Source: Zancudomyces culisetae HAW-14-8 (Eukaryota; Fungi; Kickxellomycota). Taken from it: DNA of 64,000 bases. The notes beneath the pieces were generated by a model. That model worked only from the letters and a program-made list of their open reading frames with translations, made no database searches and was not told the DNA's origin. Both the position numbers and the translations under genes were made by a program. The first letter of the stretch is position 1; the number at the start of each line of letters is the position of its first letter. The stretch lies in the NCBI GenBank assembly GCA_052426225.1, contig JBNJNM010000012.1, positions 62,001-126,000 on the forward strand, in the 5' to 3' direction. Shown here in pieces: positions 1 to 12,629 of the stretch.

Positions 1-957
1 AAAACTCGCTCATTTTTGTTACTTTTATGTTTTATACGTAGTTGTCATTGTACATGAAGTTTAACCATTTGGGAAGAAGTGAGTGGAAGGGAGTGTATAT
101 CTGCCCCCGTTTTAGAAGCCTAATTTGAAATATTTAACTGCGGCTATTTTAAATTAGTTTTTGATTAGTTGGGACAAAGCCCTTGACTAGTATAATGAAA
201 ATTGTTTTCTTTCTTTTTAGAAACACAATAATCAGAAAGAACAAAAACAACACCATCAAAGAGGAAATTGTATTACACGGATGATTATCATTTGTCAGCA
301 ATCATTTATATGATTAAAACATAACTAAAATAACAAAATAAAACAAAATATTCATGATGGACCCTTCTAGGTAACTTTCTTGTTTTGTCTATATAGTAAA
401 CTAGGAAATGAACATGCACATTGAAATGTAATGTACATACATAAATATAAATATACTGATTCAGGTGAAAAAGTGAAAAGACAAATGTTTGTTAATTTAT
501 AATTAGAGTGTTATTGATTTATATGGACGTTTGATAAAATATAAAGATATTTTAATGATTAATAAAATGGATAATAAATAAATCTAAAATGTGATAAAAT
601 AGTATTAAAAAAAACAATGATATTGTATTATAATTGTAATTTAACCCATGTTGTAAATAACCAGGTGGCAATTAATGTGAAATTCAAAATTTGCTATGAT
701 TGCTATACACACTCATTCAGACACATAGTTTACTCTTGATTAGAATGTGGAAAAGTTATGCAAAATATAGAGACAAAATCTCATCCAAAAATGACAAAAT
801 GGATAGTTATAAATAGTAGAAGAAAAAAGTAAACAGCATTCAAAGGATTGTAGAATCTGAAGCTAATTTTAGTTGATTGATGGATGCATTTGTGGTATTT
901 GTGGTATTTGTGATATTTGTGGTGTGATATGTTGTGGCAAGTCTAAAAGTAGGCAAT

Positions 958-3900
958 CTAATTATTGGCAGAGAAATAACTTGCACTGCCACTACTAGCA
1001 TAACTAAGATGACTGATTTTGCTACTAGTACTTATAGAGCGTTGTTTGTAACTTTCTGGGTTGATTGGAGCTGAATTATAGTCGTTGCTAAGCTTAGAAG
1101 GTTGAGATTTAATTGAGGGACTAGCCAAGATATCATTTTTGGCGGATGATACAGGTTTGAAGGTTTCGGGTCTGTTGGAAGAGACAGACTGAGGAAATTC
1201 AACAGGAGAAGTAGAAGTAGAAGCAGAAGTAGAAGCAGGTGTGGGAATGGAAGTAACATCAAACTTGGATTTTTTCATGAAAATGTGAGATTTCTCGGGG
1301 TTTGATTGGTTTAAAGACTTGATAGAACCAAGTTTAGAGGAGACTCTGGGCTGGAACATTAGCGATAGTGAGGGTTTTTTGAAGTTAAGTTTAGTGGATT
1401 TTTTGGAGGGAATCTGAATAGGAGAGTTAGAATTGATGCTAAGAGAAGGACTAGAATTGGAATTAGGATTGGGTGTGGAGGTAAAAGAAGGTTTGGAAAC
1501 AGCCAAATAGTTTGGATTTTTAAAAGTAGGAGTGTTCAAGTCAGGAGTTGAGGAAAGAGCAGAAATAGAAGGTTTGGAAGTTGGAGGGAGGGAGAGGGAA
1601 GTATGATTTGAGTTTGAAATGAGATTGGAAAGCTCAATATAATCCAGAATGTTGGAATAGACTTCGTTATTGGAAGAAGAGCCATTTCTAGGTCTGAGGG
1701 ATGAGGTAGATGTAGATGTAGGTGTAGACTGAGGTTGGGATTGAGATTGGGATTGGGATTGAGATTGGGACTGAGATTGAATAGGATCGTTGATAGCAAG
1801 CTTTTGGAATGAATCATTGATCGAATCATCAAGTTTGGAAGAAGGAGAGGTGGAATTATCAGAGTTGTTGAATGAAGAGTCGAGCAAGTAACTAGAGATA
1901 GACATAATGTTGGAGAGAGAAGGATTGGAAGTAGGAGAAGTAAGTGAATTTGCAAATCTCGGGTTTGTTTTTTGAGTGGATACACTATTGTTACTGTGAT
2001 TTTTAACTGAGGAAGCTAAAGAATGTACAGAATGAGAAAGTACAGATTGAGTTTGAGCTTGAGTTTGAGTTTGAATATGGGCTTGGTAATGATTATTTCC
2101 AGACATGTAGAGATCAGAAATCTCAGATTGAATTCGCTCCAACAAGTCAAGATAGTTTTTATACTTTATCAGTTCAGCTAATAAATATTGAGACCGTTTT
2201 TCCCAGTTATGAATAGTGACGGAATGGGCTTTGGATTGGGAAGACGAATTCGATGTAGAAGAAATGGAACCACTGATGCTAGAACTTTTAAGTTTAGATG
2301 ATATGGAAAGGTAATTGAGTTGGTGAGCACTTAGTTCATTGTCCAGCAATGCAATATGGGCAGTGAATACACAAAGTTGGCGAGAAAGCAAATCAGCAGT
2401 GGCGATACTAAAGAAATCAAAGTCGCTTTGATCATTAGATTGACTCGATTGGTTTGATTGGTTTGATTGGTTTGATTGGCTTACTTGATTTGGTTGACTT
2501 GATTGATTAGAAGAAACAAATAGCAGATATTTAAACTTGAGTGACGCGGGATAAAATGGATCAAGAGGAGGAGTCCAGTGTTGAACAGAGCTTTGTTTCC
2601 GAAACTCACGCAAAAAATTAGTCGCATTGGTGCTAAAACTGCCGCTCGGACTAAAAACAGACGAGAGAGATCTAGTTGATTCCTGGAAAGATACAGGGCT
2701 GGACGTATTGTTGCTTTCCGAGTGAGCTGCTGTGACTTGGGAATTAAAAGTACTGCTGATGCTTCGAACACTCGCCTTTGTAGTAGCAACTTGGTTCCAT
2801 CCATAGACTGGCTTGTTGGTTACAAACGACGAAGGATCAGGAACGCTCGAATCCAGCGCCGCCCAGAAATTCATTACAGACGCCCAGTATTGCGCCTCGG
2901 CATCAGATGCTGTTTGGAACAGGTACAACCGATCTGCACTAGCCGACAACGCCACCACATGCGGCTTCTTTTTGGAGTATCCAGGCGGAGGCATGATTTG
3001 GGAATACGTGTGGCGCAGTGGAATGCTTTCCAAAAACAGATTCTTCGCTGTCCTTTCCAAATGACCGCTGCTTTGTCGCTCATTCTCATCCGTAAAAAAC
3101 ACACTACCCAACCTGTAAGTCGATTGTGCATCATCGATAAGCTTAAAAATCTCCAGATTGGCATTGTCTATAAACAAATAACACAAAGCCCACGACGCAT
3201 CAAACCCTCGACTTCCAACTCGCTTCCCTGTATATTTATACCGCAATACTCCACCGATTCTGTACATTCGATTGGCAAAGTAACTCTCCACTACCGTTTG
3301 CTTTGTCTCGGTATACTTTATCCCTTTCATCAACTTTTCCTTTATCATTTCCACCGTAATGTTCTTTTCTCCATCCTCTTCATCTTTCTCTTTATCTTTC
3401 TCTTTCTCCTTAACTTTCCCTCCACCAAAATACATCAAATCATCATTTCCAATCCCTTTGTCTACCACCACTCCCTTATGAACACTCGCCGAACTCACCA
3501 TTCCTCCTCTGTGGATTCCTTGAATCGATACTCCATTGTTCATTCTAAACCCTTTGCTCTCCCCCTTTTTACCCTTCGTCAATTCTCCATCAAACGATGT
3601 CATTCGCTTCAACCCACTCATTGACTTGATGTTTTCTACTATCGACGTCTTTCTAGGCACTCCTCCCGCTTCAATCACTGACCTTGCTCCACTACTTCCC
3701 CTACCAAAATACACTACTTCTTGTTCATTTTCATTAGATATTCCAATTGTATTTCCACTATAAACCATACTAACATTCGCACTGGTATTCGCACTAGTAT
3801 TCATACTGATGTATTTCTTTTTTTTTTTACTAGCCATCGGCTTTTCCAATGGCTTACTCTTAATTCCTACATATATCTGCTTCAAAATATTCCCAATGTT

Positions 3901-6132
3901 TTCTATACTTGCTTGTTCTGTGTTACTCGCCAAATAATGTTTTTTGTCTAATCCCAACTTGCTGATGTCAAAACTAACATTGTTGTACGATTTTTTTCTC
4001 TTTTGATTGTTATTCTCTCCTCCTACCTTCCCTTTGTACATACTCGGAATCCCAATCCCATATCCCACCATACCTTGCAAATCTAATATTTTTGTTGTAT
4101 CCTCTTGTTCCGCTTGACTCGTTACCTTATTCCCCTTTACTTTTCCTCCCCTTTCCGCTCTACCATTTACCAAACTCTCGCTCGATTCCACACTACTCAA
4201 TACCAATACCACCTCATCTTGCAATCTTCGGATATTTTCGCTAACCACACTATCACTACTATTCGTGCTAAACATTCTTTTGGCCCCGCTTTCTCCCGTC
4301 ACTCTTGTTATTTCATCTGTTTTATCTACATTTAAACTACTAGATGAACCTTCATATACCATTCTTGCTTCTGATCCCACTGACGTTTTCCTTCCTGCCC
4401 ACCGCTCGCCCCTTTCTTCAAACATCCTATTATCTAGATTCCCCCCCTTCTTTCTTTCCCTCTCCTTTTTCCGCTTTTCTCTCTCTCCGTCTTTTGTCCT
4501 TCCCTTTACTCTTCCTACTCCTCTTTCTTGTCTCTCTTCCCTCTCCCTTTCTCTTTCCCTCTCTTTCTCTTTCTCTTTCTCTTTCTCTTTTTCCTTCTCC
4601 TTTTCATCCTCATTAAACTTTAGTGCCTCTATCGTATTTTGTATATATCCCATTTTACTCATTCTCTCACTTGACCTCAAATCCGCAATGTGTAAATCTG
4701 TATTCAACAACAGTATCGAATATGCCACCGTATGAACATTCTCCACCGTTCCAAACTCGGATTTCTCCTTGTTACAATCCTGATACCTTTTTGCAAACCC
4801 ATAAAGTACTCTATCTATTACCTGTGTCTCTCCATTAATTAATAGTTTTTTACATACTTTTCTAAACGCTATATCCACCCGATCCTTCTCAAAATCAAAC
4901 AGCTCAAAATATGTCTTCAAAACTGCCTTTCCAAACTCGCTTGGTTCTCCCAGTATATCTATATGCCTTTCTGGCTCTAATATATCCTCTCCTTTGTACT
5001 TCTTGTTATAAAATTTTGCACATATCTCTGACAATTCCTCTATTGTAGCCTCGCCACTTCCATATATCACCCTGGCTATAACATCTAGCTCTCGGTTGCT
5101 ATATCCTATCTCTATATCTCTGTCAAATACATCTATAATCTTTGCCCAATCATTACTTGGCTCCTCCTTTTCTTTCCCCAACACCTTCCCTCCCTTATTT
5201 TCTTGTGTCTTCTCTTCTGAAAACATATCCAGCATATCCTCAACCCTAAGTCCACTTCTTGTATGCTTCAACTCTTTTCTTATATCACCACTCTGTCCTT
5301 CCTCTGACCCGCTGCTCACACGTCCACACATTGCTATAAACCTAGTCAATGATATCTGTGGTGACAGCTCATCATCATCCATCGAGTTGTCCTTCCCTTC
5401 TTCAATTGCCCTGCTATTTCCTCTTATCCTGCCTTGCTTTGTAACTGCTACCCGTTTCCTCTCCCCCTCTCTGCCTACTGTTTGCTCTGTACTTTTGCTC
5501 ATACGTCTCGGTTCATGCTGATTTGATAGAAATGACTCCGTCTTGTTTTCTAGCTCCTCAGCTATCCGAAGTATTTGATTCCTTCCTCTTTCCCCTTCAA
5601 CAGTATTCTTTCTTTGTATAGCTCCTCCGCCTTCTCCCTTGTTATATTTTGACCCTAACAGCTCCAGCTCTGAAAATAGACTAATACCTCCATCTCCCCC
5701 TGTATCTGCCACATTTTCTACAGCTTTTGTCTCGCCCCTTACATTCCTGTTCCTTCTTATTTTTGGTTTAAACCACCAGTTTTTATCCACTGATTTGGCA
5801 TGCGGACGAGTCCATTTCACCTCTGTCTCTTTATTGCTTTCCACACTCTTCTTTTTACTTTGGACCTCTTTCACATAATATTCTTTTTTATCTTCCCTAT
5901 CCCCGATATCCATTCTGTCCTCCCTTTCTGTTGTATTCGTAAAACTATAGCGTTCGCTTTCTTTGTCCTGTTTCTTTTGATTCTGAATAATATTAACCAT
6001 TGGCACCGTCATCATGAAGTGATCGTCTTTGCCTACTGTTTCTTCCTCGATTTTTCCCATTGATTTCGTCTTTTCCAGTATATTTAGGCTTTTAAGTTTC
6101 AATCTTCCTTTATTTTTCTTTGCAGTTTCCAT
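958..6132 (-). CDS. Sec7 + PH domain Arf guanine-nucleotide exchange factor (EFA6/Syt1/Yel1 type)
   Basis: Sec7 motifs LLINGETQVIDRVLYGFAKRY (glutamic finger) and VHTVAYSILLLNTDLH; PH-like segment LRHTYSQ..PPPGYSKKKPHV..YLFQ..W..VMNFWAA; EFA6-like C-terminal helix NWEKRSQYLLAELIKYKNY; long low-complexity flanks. Confidence 0.9.
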   Translation of the reverse strand: METAKKNKGRLKLKSLNILEKTKSMGKIEEETVGKDDHFMMTVPMVNIIQNQKKQDKESERYSFTNTTEREDRMDIGDREDKKEYYVKEVQSKKKSVESNKETEVKWTRPHAKSVDKNWWFKPKIRRNRNVRGETKAVENVADTGGDGGISLFSELELLGSKYNKGEGGGAIQRKNTVEGERGRNQILRIAEELENKTESFLSNQHEPRRMSKSTEQTVGREGERKRVAVTKQGRIRGNSRAIEEGKDNSMDDDELSPQISLTRFIAMCGRVSSGSEEGQSGDIRKELKHTRSGLRVEDMLDMFSEEKTQENKGGKVLGKEKEEPSNDWAKIIDVFDRDIEIGYSNRELDVIARVIYGSGEATIEELSEICAKFYNKKYKGEDILEPERHIDILGEPSEFGKAVLKTYFELFDFEKDRVDIAFRKVCKKLLINGETQVIDRVLYGFAKRYQDCNKEKSEFGTVENVHTVAYSILLLNTDLHIADLRSSERMSKMGYIQNTIEALKFNEDEKEKEKEKEKEKEKEREREREREERQERGVGRVKGRTKDGEREKRKKERERKKGGNLDNRMFEERGERWAGRKTSVGSEARMVYEGSSSSLNVDKTDEITRVTGESGAKRMFSTNSSDSVVSENIRRLQDEVVLVLSSVESSESLVNGRAERGGKVKGNKVTSQAEQEDTTKILDLQGMVGYGIGIPSMYKGKVGGENNNQKRKKSYNNVSFDISKLGLDKKHYLASNTEQASIENIGNILKQIYVGIKSKPLEKPMASKKKKKYISMNTSANTSANVSMVYSGNTIGISNENEQEVVYFGRGSSGARSVIEAGGVPRKTSIVENIKSMSGLKRMTSFDGELTKGKKGESKGFRMNNGVSIQGIHRGGMVSSASVHKGVVVDKGIGNDDLMYFGGGKVKEKEKDKEKDEEDGEKNITVEMIKEKLMKGIKYTETKQTVVESYFANRMYRIGGVLRYKYTGKRVGSRGFDASWALCYLFIDNANLEIFKLIDDAQSTYRLGSVFFTDENERQSSGHLERTAKNLFLESIPLRHTYSQIMPPPGYSKKKPHVVALSASADRLYLFQTASDAEAQYWASVMNFWAALDSSVPDPSSFVTNKPVYGWNQVATTKASVRSISSTFNSQVTAAHSESNNTSSPVSFQESTRSLSSVFSPSGSFSTNATNFLREFRKQSSVQHWTPPLDPFYPASLKFKYLLFVSSNQSSQPNQVSQSNQSNQSNQSSQSNDQSDFDFFSIATADLLSRQLCVFTAHIALLDNELSAHQLNYLSISSKLKSSSISGSISSTSNSSSQSKAHSVTIHNWEKRSQYLLAELIKYKNYLDLLERIQSEISDLYMSGNNHYQAHIQTQTQAQTQSVLSHSVHSLASSVKNHSNNSVSTQKTNPRFANSLTSPTSNPSLSNIMSISSYLLDSSFNNSDNSTSPSSKLDDSINDSFQKLAINDPIQSQSQSQSQSQSQSQPQSTPTSTSTSSLRPRNGSSSNNEVYSNILDYIELSNLISNSNHTSLSLPPTSKPSISALSSTPDLNTPTFKNPNYLAVSKPSFTSTPNPNSNSSPSLSINSNSPIQIPSKKSTKLNFKKPSLSLMFQPRVSSKLGSIKSLNQSNPEKSHIFMKKSKFDVTSIPTPASTSASTSTSPVEFPQSVSSNRPETFKPVSSAKNDILASPSIKSQPSKLSNDYNSAPINPESYKQRSISTSSKISHLSYASSGSASYFSANN

Positions 6133-8956
6133 TTCCTTTCACCTTATTGTTCTTGCATACATTTTACTTTTACTTTATAAATTCCAATCATTTATCATTC
6201 AGTGCCACTATTCATTCCTTGAAATTAAAATAAAATAAAATAAAATAAACAAAACATAAAAACGGCCTCTTCTATTACAGGCCCTGACTTTTTTATTTTT
6301 TTCTTGTTGATCCTTATTATTTTTATCTTTAACTTGGATGATGCCTCATTTTTGGTTTTAACGTAAATGCTTTTTAGTCTATTTCTATTTAATTAACCAT
6401 CAAGATTTTCAGTCGTGTTTCTTTTTTTTTCTTTTTTTTTTTTACAGTTTCTCCTCTCACCAGCTCATTCTAATGAACATCAGTGTTTATTACAAATCCT
6501 GACCATTGTCTTTACTTTTGTATAACAAATATCATTATTCGTTTTATGTAAATCCTTTACTTTACATTAAATTTTTTTTCCAGCTTTTGACAAATTTGGT
6601 AATTTATTGAAAATTACATTGTTTTCATTGGTCTTGTAAGTTTTGGTCTCTTTTTTCAGCTTTTATCAGGACAATATCTTTTCTTTTTCCATTTGTACTA
6701 TTTTCCAAGTTTGCCATAAAACGTAATATTTGAATTAAACTTTTTTACGTACTCATGGGTTATAATCAACCTGTGAACAAAAAACAGCCCCACACCATTC
6801 TGCGTTCTATCTACATTATACAAAGACAGAGTATATATTACTGGGGCTTTTTAGCTTGAAGTTGAATAAATCACTCTTCTCATCACGATATACAATCAAC
6901 TATAGTCCTTACCCACGTTCTATAAGCCTTAACTCTGTGATACAAGATATTCACAAGGTAATATACAGTTTGCGTCACACAAGTTGTTTTGGGACATACC
7001 CATTCATTTTGATTACCCTCCCCTTCACTGTACATAATTTGTCAACTTTCTATCACAATTTTTCAAATTCGATACTTTTCTTGGTGACTAGGTTGATGGG
7101 TTGAGTTTACTATTTATTTTACCCTCTGATGCTTTAAATGGCCTGCTTTTTTTTTCAGTTTTATTTTTATATTAAAAGCTAAATTGCTGATGTTATTTAT
7201 AGAAAATATATATAATTACCGACACGAATATTAATTGCATATTATTTTATATCTTTTTGGCTTTGGTATAACAAGGAATTTTACAAATCCTCATCATATA
7301 CTTATTTCCCCATTGTTATATATCGTCATCTAATCTTTAATCACCATACCCTAATTAAGCTCTGTGCTATTCCAACAACATTAAAGCTTTTATTAACCTG
7401 CACAATTTTTTTAATGATAATTTGATTTTACCCATTTAAAGTAGCATTCGCATACTTTGAACATTTGAAAACCCGTATATGATAATTACCGGTTATTTCG
7501 AAGTTCTCCATAGCTCATCAACCAGACTGTACTAAAAATAAAGCAATTATAGTTAATTTCAGAATGATCATGCATATTTGAGTTGAAATACCAAGTGCCT
7601 TTTCTTATTGGTGCCCAGAATCTACCTACTTTGTTAAAGCTGTGTGCCTAGTTTAATTAATTCAAAAAAAAAACACTTTTACAACACCCACATTAAATCT
7701 GCTTAATACCATACCCAACTCATCACCTAGCTCAGGTATACCAGAGTATATCACGGCTTGGGTACAGCCGCAATCATCGTGACAAAGTGATAAATATAGC
7801 TTCCAATGACTGCGAATCATCTATATACGCAAACTGATTCAACCATAGTATACTAGTTAATTTAATTCAAACTTGATTTTTTAGTCCTACTATCTACACC
7901 ATACTAACCTTCAGAGTATCAATAAACCATATGTCATAAGGTTCAGGATTGTTTAGATTTTTCAGTTAGTCAGCTTTTTATATTTATCTTTGTGTCTATA
8001 TACTTATATATACACAACCATTTAAATAAAAATAATAAATACATAAATGAAAGAAAAAAAGCATAAAAGCATATTTCATTCCTTCCAGCATCTAGTCTAG
8101 TGAAATGTTCAATATCAGCCTTAATTTCAATTACAGGTACTGCGTTTCAGAAATTTTTAAATCGCTTTACTATTCTCGGTATTTGTGTAGAGGTTATTAT
8201 TTATGAACTTGCAATACATTTCTACTGTCGTAGACACCTAAATTCACTAGTTGTACAAAGGTTCTTAATACCTCAATCCTCATTTTTGGATATCTTTTCG
8301 GGTATTTTGAACTTTTATGTTAGTATTAATAATTAAATTATATCTCTTATTTTCAAGCTTATGGTATTTATATGCTCAAAATAAATATCAAAAAATAGCA
8401 TAAAATGCAATCTTCAGTGAAAGTTCACGTCATTACTTGTACTTTAACCCCTGGTCAATTTCATTTAACAGGTATTTATTTGCCATTTTGTTTTTCAAGC
8501 ATTACTCAAATTGAAACTCACATAACCTTTAACAACAAACCTTCACTCGCCTTATGATATTGTTAATATTTTGAAATAAGTATACTTATAAAGTCAAAAT
8601 CAAGTTTTAACAGGTCAACTGGATCGTTACACCATTGAATACCAGTAATTAAAGAACTGCTTTGATACACTTTTAGAATATCGTGCCTACCATTATCCTC
8701 AACACTAGCAGCAATGTCTAGCACAACCTATTGTTGCTACAAACATGAAAAAGTATCGAATTTGAACAAATAGGTGTAGTTCAACATTCTTTGAACATAT
8801 TCCCACAACCAACCAATTACCACAAATTTACGATTTCAGCATTTCAAAAAAAAAATATGTTTCTAATTTTTTACTCTGATCTACAGTTGTACAATAAAAA
8901 ATTTTTAAAAGCTATTTCACGAAGCTAAAGATCAATTAGGGAGAAATCAGTTCGAA

Positions 8957-10006
8957 ATGGTCAAAAAGTTCAAGAAGAGAAAGGAATCAAATCCGACAGA
9001 AAACGAGTATGTATTTGTTTTTATTTTCTAATTTGCAATTTTGGGGATAGGGTACCTTGTGGATAAGTTAAATTCGATAACCACAACTTTGCTGATAAAT
9101 ACCAATAGTGAGGTGCATGATCTACCACCAACCCAGGTTTTTGGGAAGGTATCAAGAAAGAGAAAGGAAACCAGTGTATCTTTTGAGGAAGACGCTCCTA
9201 AAAAGTTTCTCCGAGTAATGAGATTACAGGAGAATGATAAAAACACAACCACAAGCAAGAAAAAGAGCAAAAATGAGAGTTTGCAATTGAAACTTGGGGA
9301 GGGAGAAACTTATCAGGAGTTTAAACGGCGTGTCAAGGAAAGTGTGAAGCAAGAATTGCAAAAAATTCCAATGGTAAAACTCCCTGGTCCTGATAAAAGT
9401 TCACATGCTTCCAAAAACAAGAAAGCTAAAAAATCAAATAGTAATGCAACTGACTTTAATACTGAAGAGAAAACTTCCGATAGAAAGTTTAGGAATCAAC
9501 AAAACCGTAAAGAAAAGCAACTCGATAAGAAGTTGGCAAAACGGGTAAAAGTCGATGAAAAACGAATTGAAAAGAAACTAGCTGTCGAAGGTATCAATAA
9601 TGGAATCAGGTTTAATGATGTAGCTGAAGCTCCACCAAAGTTTACACAATTGCCTAAACAAACCTTTAAAAAGATTGTTTACCCTTCCGTAAAGACAATT
9701 TCAAAAACAGAAAGCCAAAACATGAACAGTAGAAATGCTGCAGGTAGCAAAACAGTAGATGTAGCAAACAGTATATCCAAATTTAGCAAGCAGGATGCAA
9801 TCGGGGAGATGGTGAAAAGAACCAGCAGAGTCAAAAATCCAAACAAAAGCTCTCCACTAGATAAAATGAACGAAAAGCGTAGACAGCTGAAAAAATCGCA
9901 AGAGCATTTGTCGCCCTACCAAATCAACAACCTCGAAAAGGAAAGAGAAATGGCAATTCAAAAATATCGTATGCTCAAAATGAACAAAACAAACCAAATA
10001 CGCTGA
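8957..10006 (+). CDS. Basic coiled-coil CCDC137-like protein; 2 exons (8957-9006, 9109-10006)
   Basis: ATG at 8957, donor GA|GTATGT and acceptor CAATAG|T join in frame. Motifs DLPP, DAPKKFLRVM, GETYQEFKRRV, IRFNDVAEAPPKF and LEKEREMAIQKYRMLK resemble the CCDC137 family. Confidence 0.6.
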
Positions 10007-10230
10007 TTTTTCTGTGTTTTAGGTGCTTTTTGTGTTTATGTTTGCTCATCCATAACGTTTTGTTTTTTTAGATTGCTGGTTTTACTAACTGATAAGTTGT
10101 AAATAGTTATTAGATATACTGCTTTACTTTTAGGTCTATATACAATCAACTCAATAACAAATTATTCTAATAGTGACAAATCAAACAATAATATGTCAAT
10201 TAAACAAGAAAAGGTTGGAAAAAAAACAAA

Positions 10231-11939
10231 CTATGAAGCCTCATCCCACGAACAACATTGCTTAAAAGTAATGCACGAGTTTTGGTCGTAGTTTCTCAGC
10301 TGCACATACAGGTTTTCGCCGCTGGTCGAGAAGCTATGTTGCCTACCAAGCCAGGAGATTGGAGAATCCTCAAATCCCCAAACTACCATTCCAAAGTAGT
10401 TTGTCCTATTCCTAAATATAATAGTTATCCATAGTTGTTATAAATCTAAGCTCAAGTCAGAACGTGTTTATGTAAACGTTAGGGAAAAGGCACTGTGACA
10501 AGTTGGCACAACCTTTAGTTACCTTATTTTTTCTATACAAGATTGAATGAATTCCGAGCTAATCAGCCCCTGTATGCTGAAAACAGCCACACTATCCAAG
10601 TAATATGGCTCTGGTACGTCATACACCGAAATATATGGCTCGTTGGACTTTTTTCTTAGCCACTCAGAGTTTTCAACCACCAACCCCAGCCATTCCATAA
10701 TCTCACTACACTCCGAGGTTTCATTTTGACCCGAGTTGAACAGATTGTGATCGGTTATTTTCGTCAATATATGGGGAGTTTTTATTATATGGTCATCTGG
10801 AAATACTGATTTCCAACTACAGTTGACTAGTTCGGCATTTTTGACGCCCTCAAAGCTACTTAGGTTTATTTCTTGAGGCAGTTGATCGGCTCCCAACTCT
10901 ATTAAATACCATTCACATTAAGAAATAGAAAAAGACGGATTAAAGGGACAGTAAAAATCGTCACTAACCTTTGTTGGTGTAAACCATATCAAATTCGTAG
11001 ATATCAGTTAAAACTTTTGTAAAGGTAAATTTCAGCCGCTCATATTGCTTTTGACCTGGTCTCATGCTTTTTGCCGTTAAATCCACTTTTACAACTATTA
11101 TTGATAAATATAAAACAATCAGCCTCTCCTTTGACTGCTCGAGTAGAAAAATAGGGTAGGAAATCAACCAACATATAAATAAATGCAGATTCGCTTACAG
11201 AATCTTTTTTCTTCACCAACCGGAAAGGGTGATGGTTTCCCCAAAAGACCGGCTTCTTCATAAGTGTCCTTAACCAAATTCAAAATCAGTGTTCCTAACA
11301 ATAGAAAAAAGTTTTAGCTACTTTATACTCGAGAGAATAAAATGTACTAGCGTTATGTTGTCGTTTTACCTCTTCCGTCGAGCGCAATAACATTTTCAGA
11401 ATCGATTTTACAATTAGTTTGTAGTGCAACCAGAGATCCTATATTTTAATATGAAAACAAAGGTTGAACTATTGATATTGATTCAATAACTTGATTCTAT
11501 CCCGCCTTTTGTTTTCGTAAAAATCAAGTATTTACCTGTTAAAATGTATTTTTCCATGAATGTTGGCTCCAAAAACAATAAGAGAGGAAAACTCGCCTTG
11601 TAATAAAAGCATCTCTGTAAGCCAATCTCGTTTAGTATTTTTGCTCTTTCCTGTATGTTTTTTTCCTTTAACCCCTCCTGAAATAGTATAAAATTAACCT
11701 AATTTTATTGTACAGAATAAGAATTAGAATATTATCCATGTGATAACTTATTTACAAGCGAAACGCAATGACACAGTAAATGAAAGATGTAGCGGGAATA
11801 ATCAAGATACCTTGCTGTTAAATGGAAATTCATTCACAGTCTTGCTCGCAATATTGCTTTTGCTGTTCAATGCCGAAAGTTTCACAAAAAGCTTACTCTT
11901 TCCGTGTTTGGTATGTGGCATAGGAATATGGCTGCTCAT
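10231..11939 (-). CDS. RPP40: Ribonuclease P/MRP protein subunit p40 (multi-exon; internal exon boundaries approximate)
   Basis: The last exon reads VVWGFEDSPISWLGRQHSFSTSGENLY and an internal exon reads EIMEWLGLV..YDVPEP..IQGLISSEFI, both typical of Rpp40. Several GT-AG introns link the ORF fragments. Confidence 0.8.
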
Positions 11940-12629
11940 TTTGAGTATCTATAAATCTCAAATATTTACAAATAGAGTGATTTAAGGCACTTTAAAAACA
12001 TAAAACAGTGTTGTTTCTGAAATTTCAATTATTTGATTTGAATCAGTTATTAGCTTTTGTATGAGGCTATTTGTTAAGTTTGGTAATTCAAAAATCATTT
12101 TCCATTTCTGGCCAGTACTTTCAAGGCACTAATTTAGCTAGCTAAAGAACTCGCAGAACTTACCCAGTCTCAATTGGACAATTGCAAAAATTTCTGCTAA
12201 ATTGCTGAAAGAAACAAAACCAGGCCAGAAAAGTTCTTATAAATCCTATAATTCAATAACCGTTTGTTTGGTCTTGAACCTCAACTAAAACTAACACCAA
12301 CAAATTCTAAAGTAGCAATCAAGCAGTCAAAAAAGAAAATTTAGAATAGTACATACTAACTACCTAAACATTTTAACAGCCTTAATTCTTGTAATATATA
12401 GACAATCAGCATATTGTCACTGCTTTTTTGAGATTATGAAAGACATCAAGCATAATAAAAATTCGAATACAAAAAAATTATAGAATCAAGTACTATAAGA
12501 ACTTGGAGTAACTATTCCGAAAATTTTATTTTGGTGGCACGATCAAATCTTTTGGGTATGGAAATCAATCATTTATATTTTTATATCACTTAAAATCAAT
12601 ATACCAACTAAACTGATGCGATAAAAAAA

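Noticed and set aside
1032-6063. Numerous antisense and alternate-frame ORFs over the Sec7 gene (and similarly over the Med16-like, FHA and RML2 genes)
   Set aside because: These are shadow ORFs caused by skewed low-complexity coding sequence; no domains.
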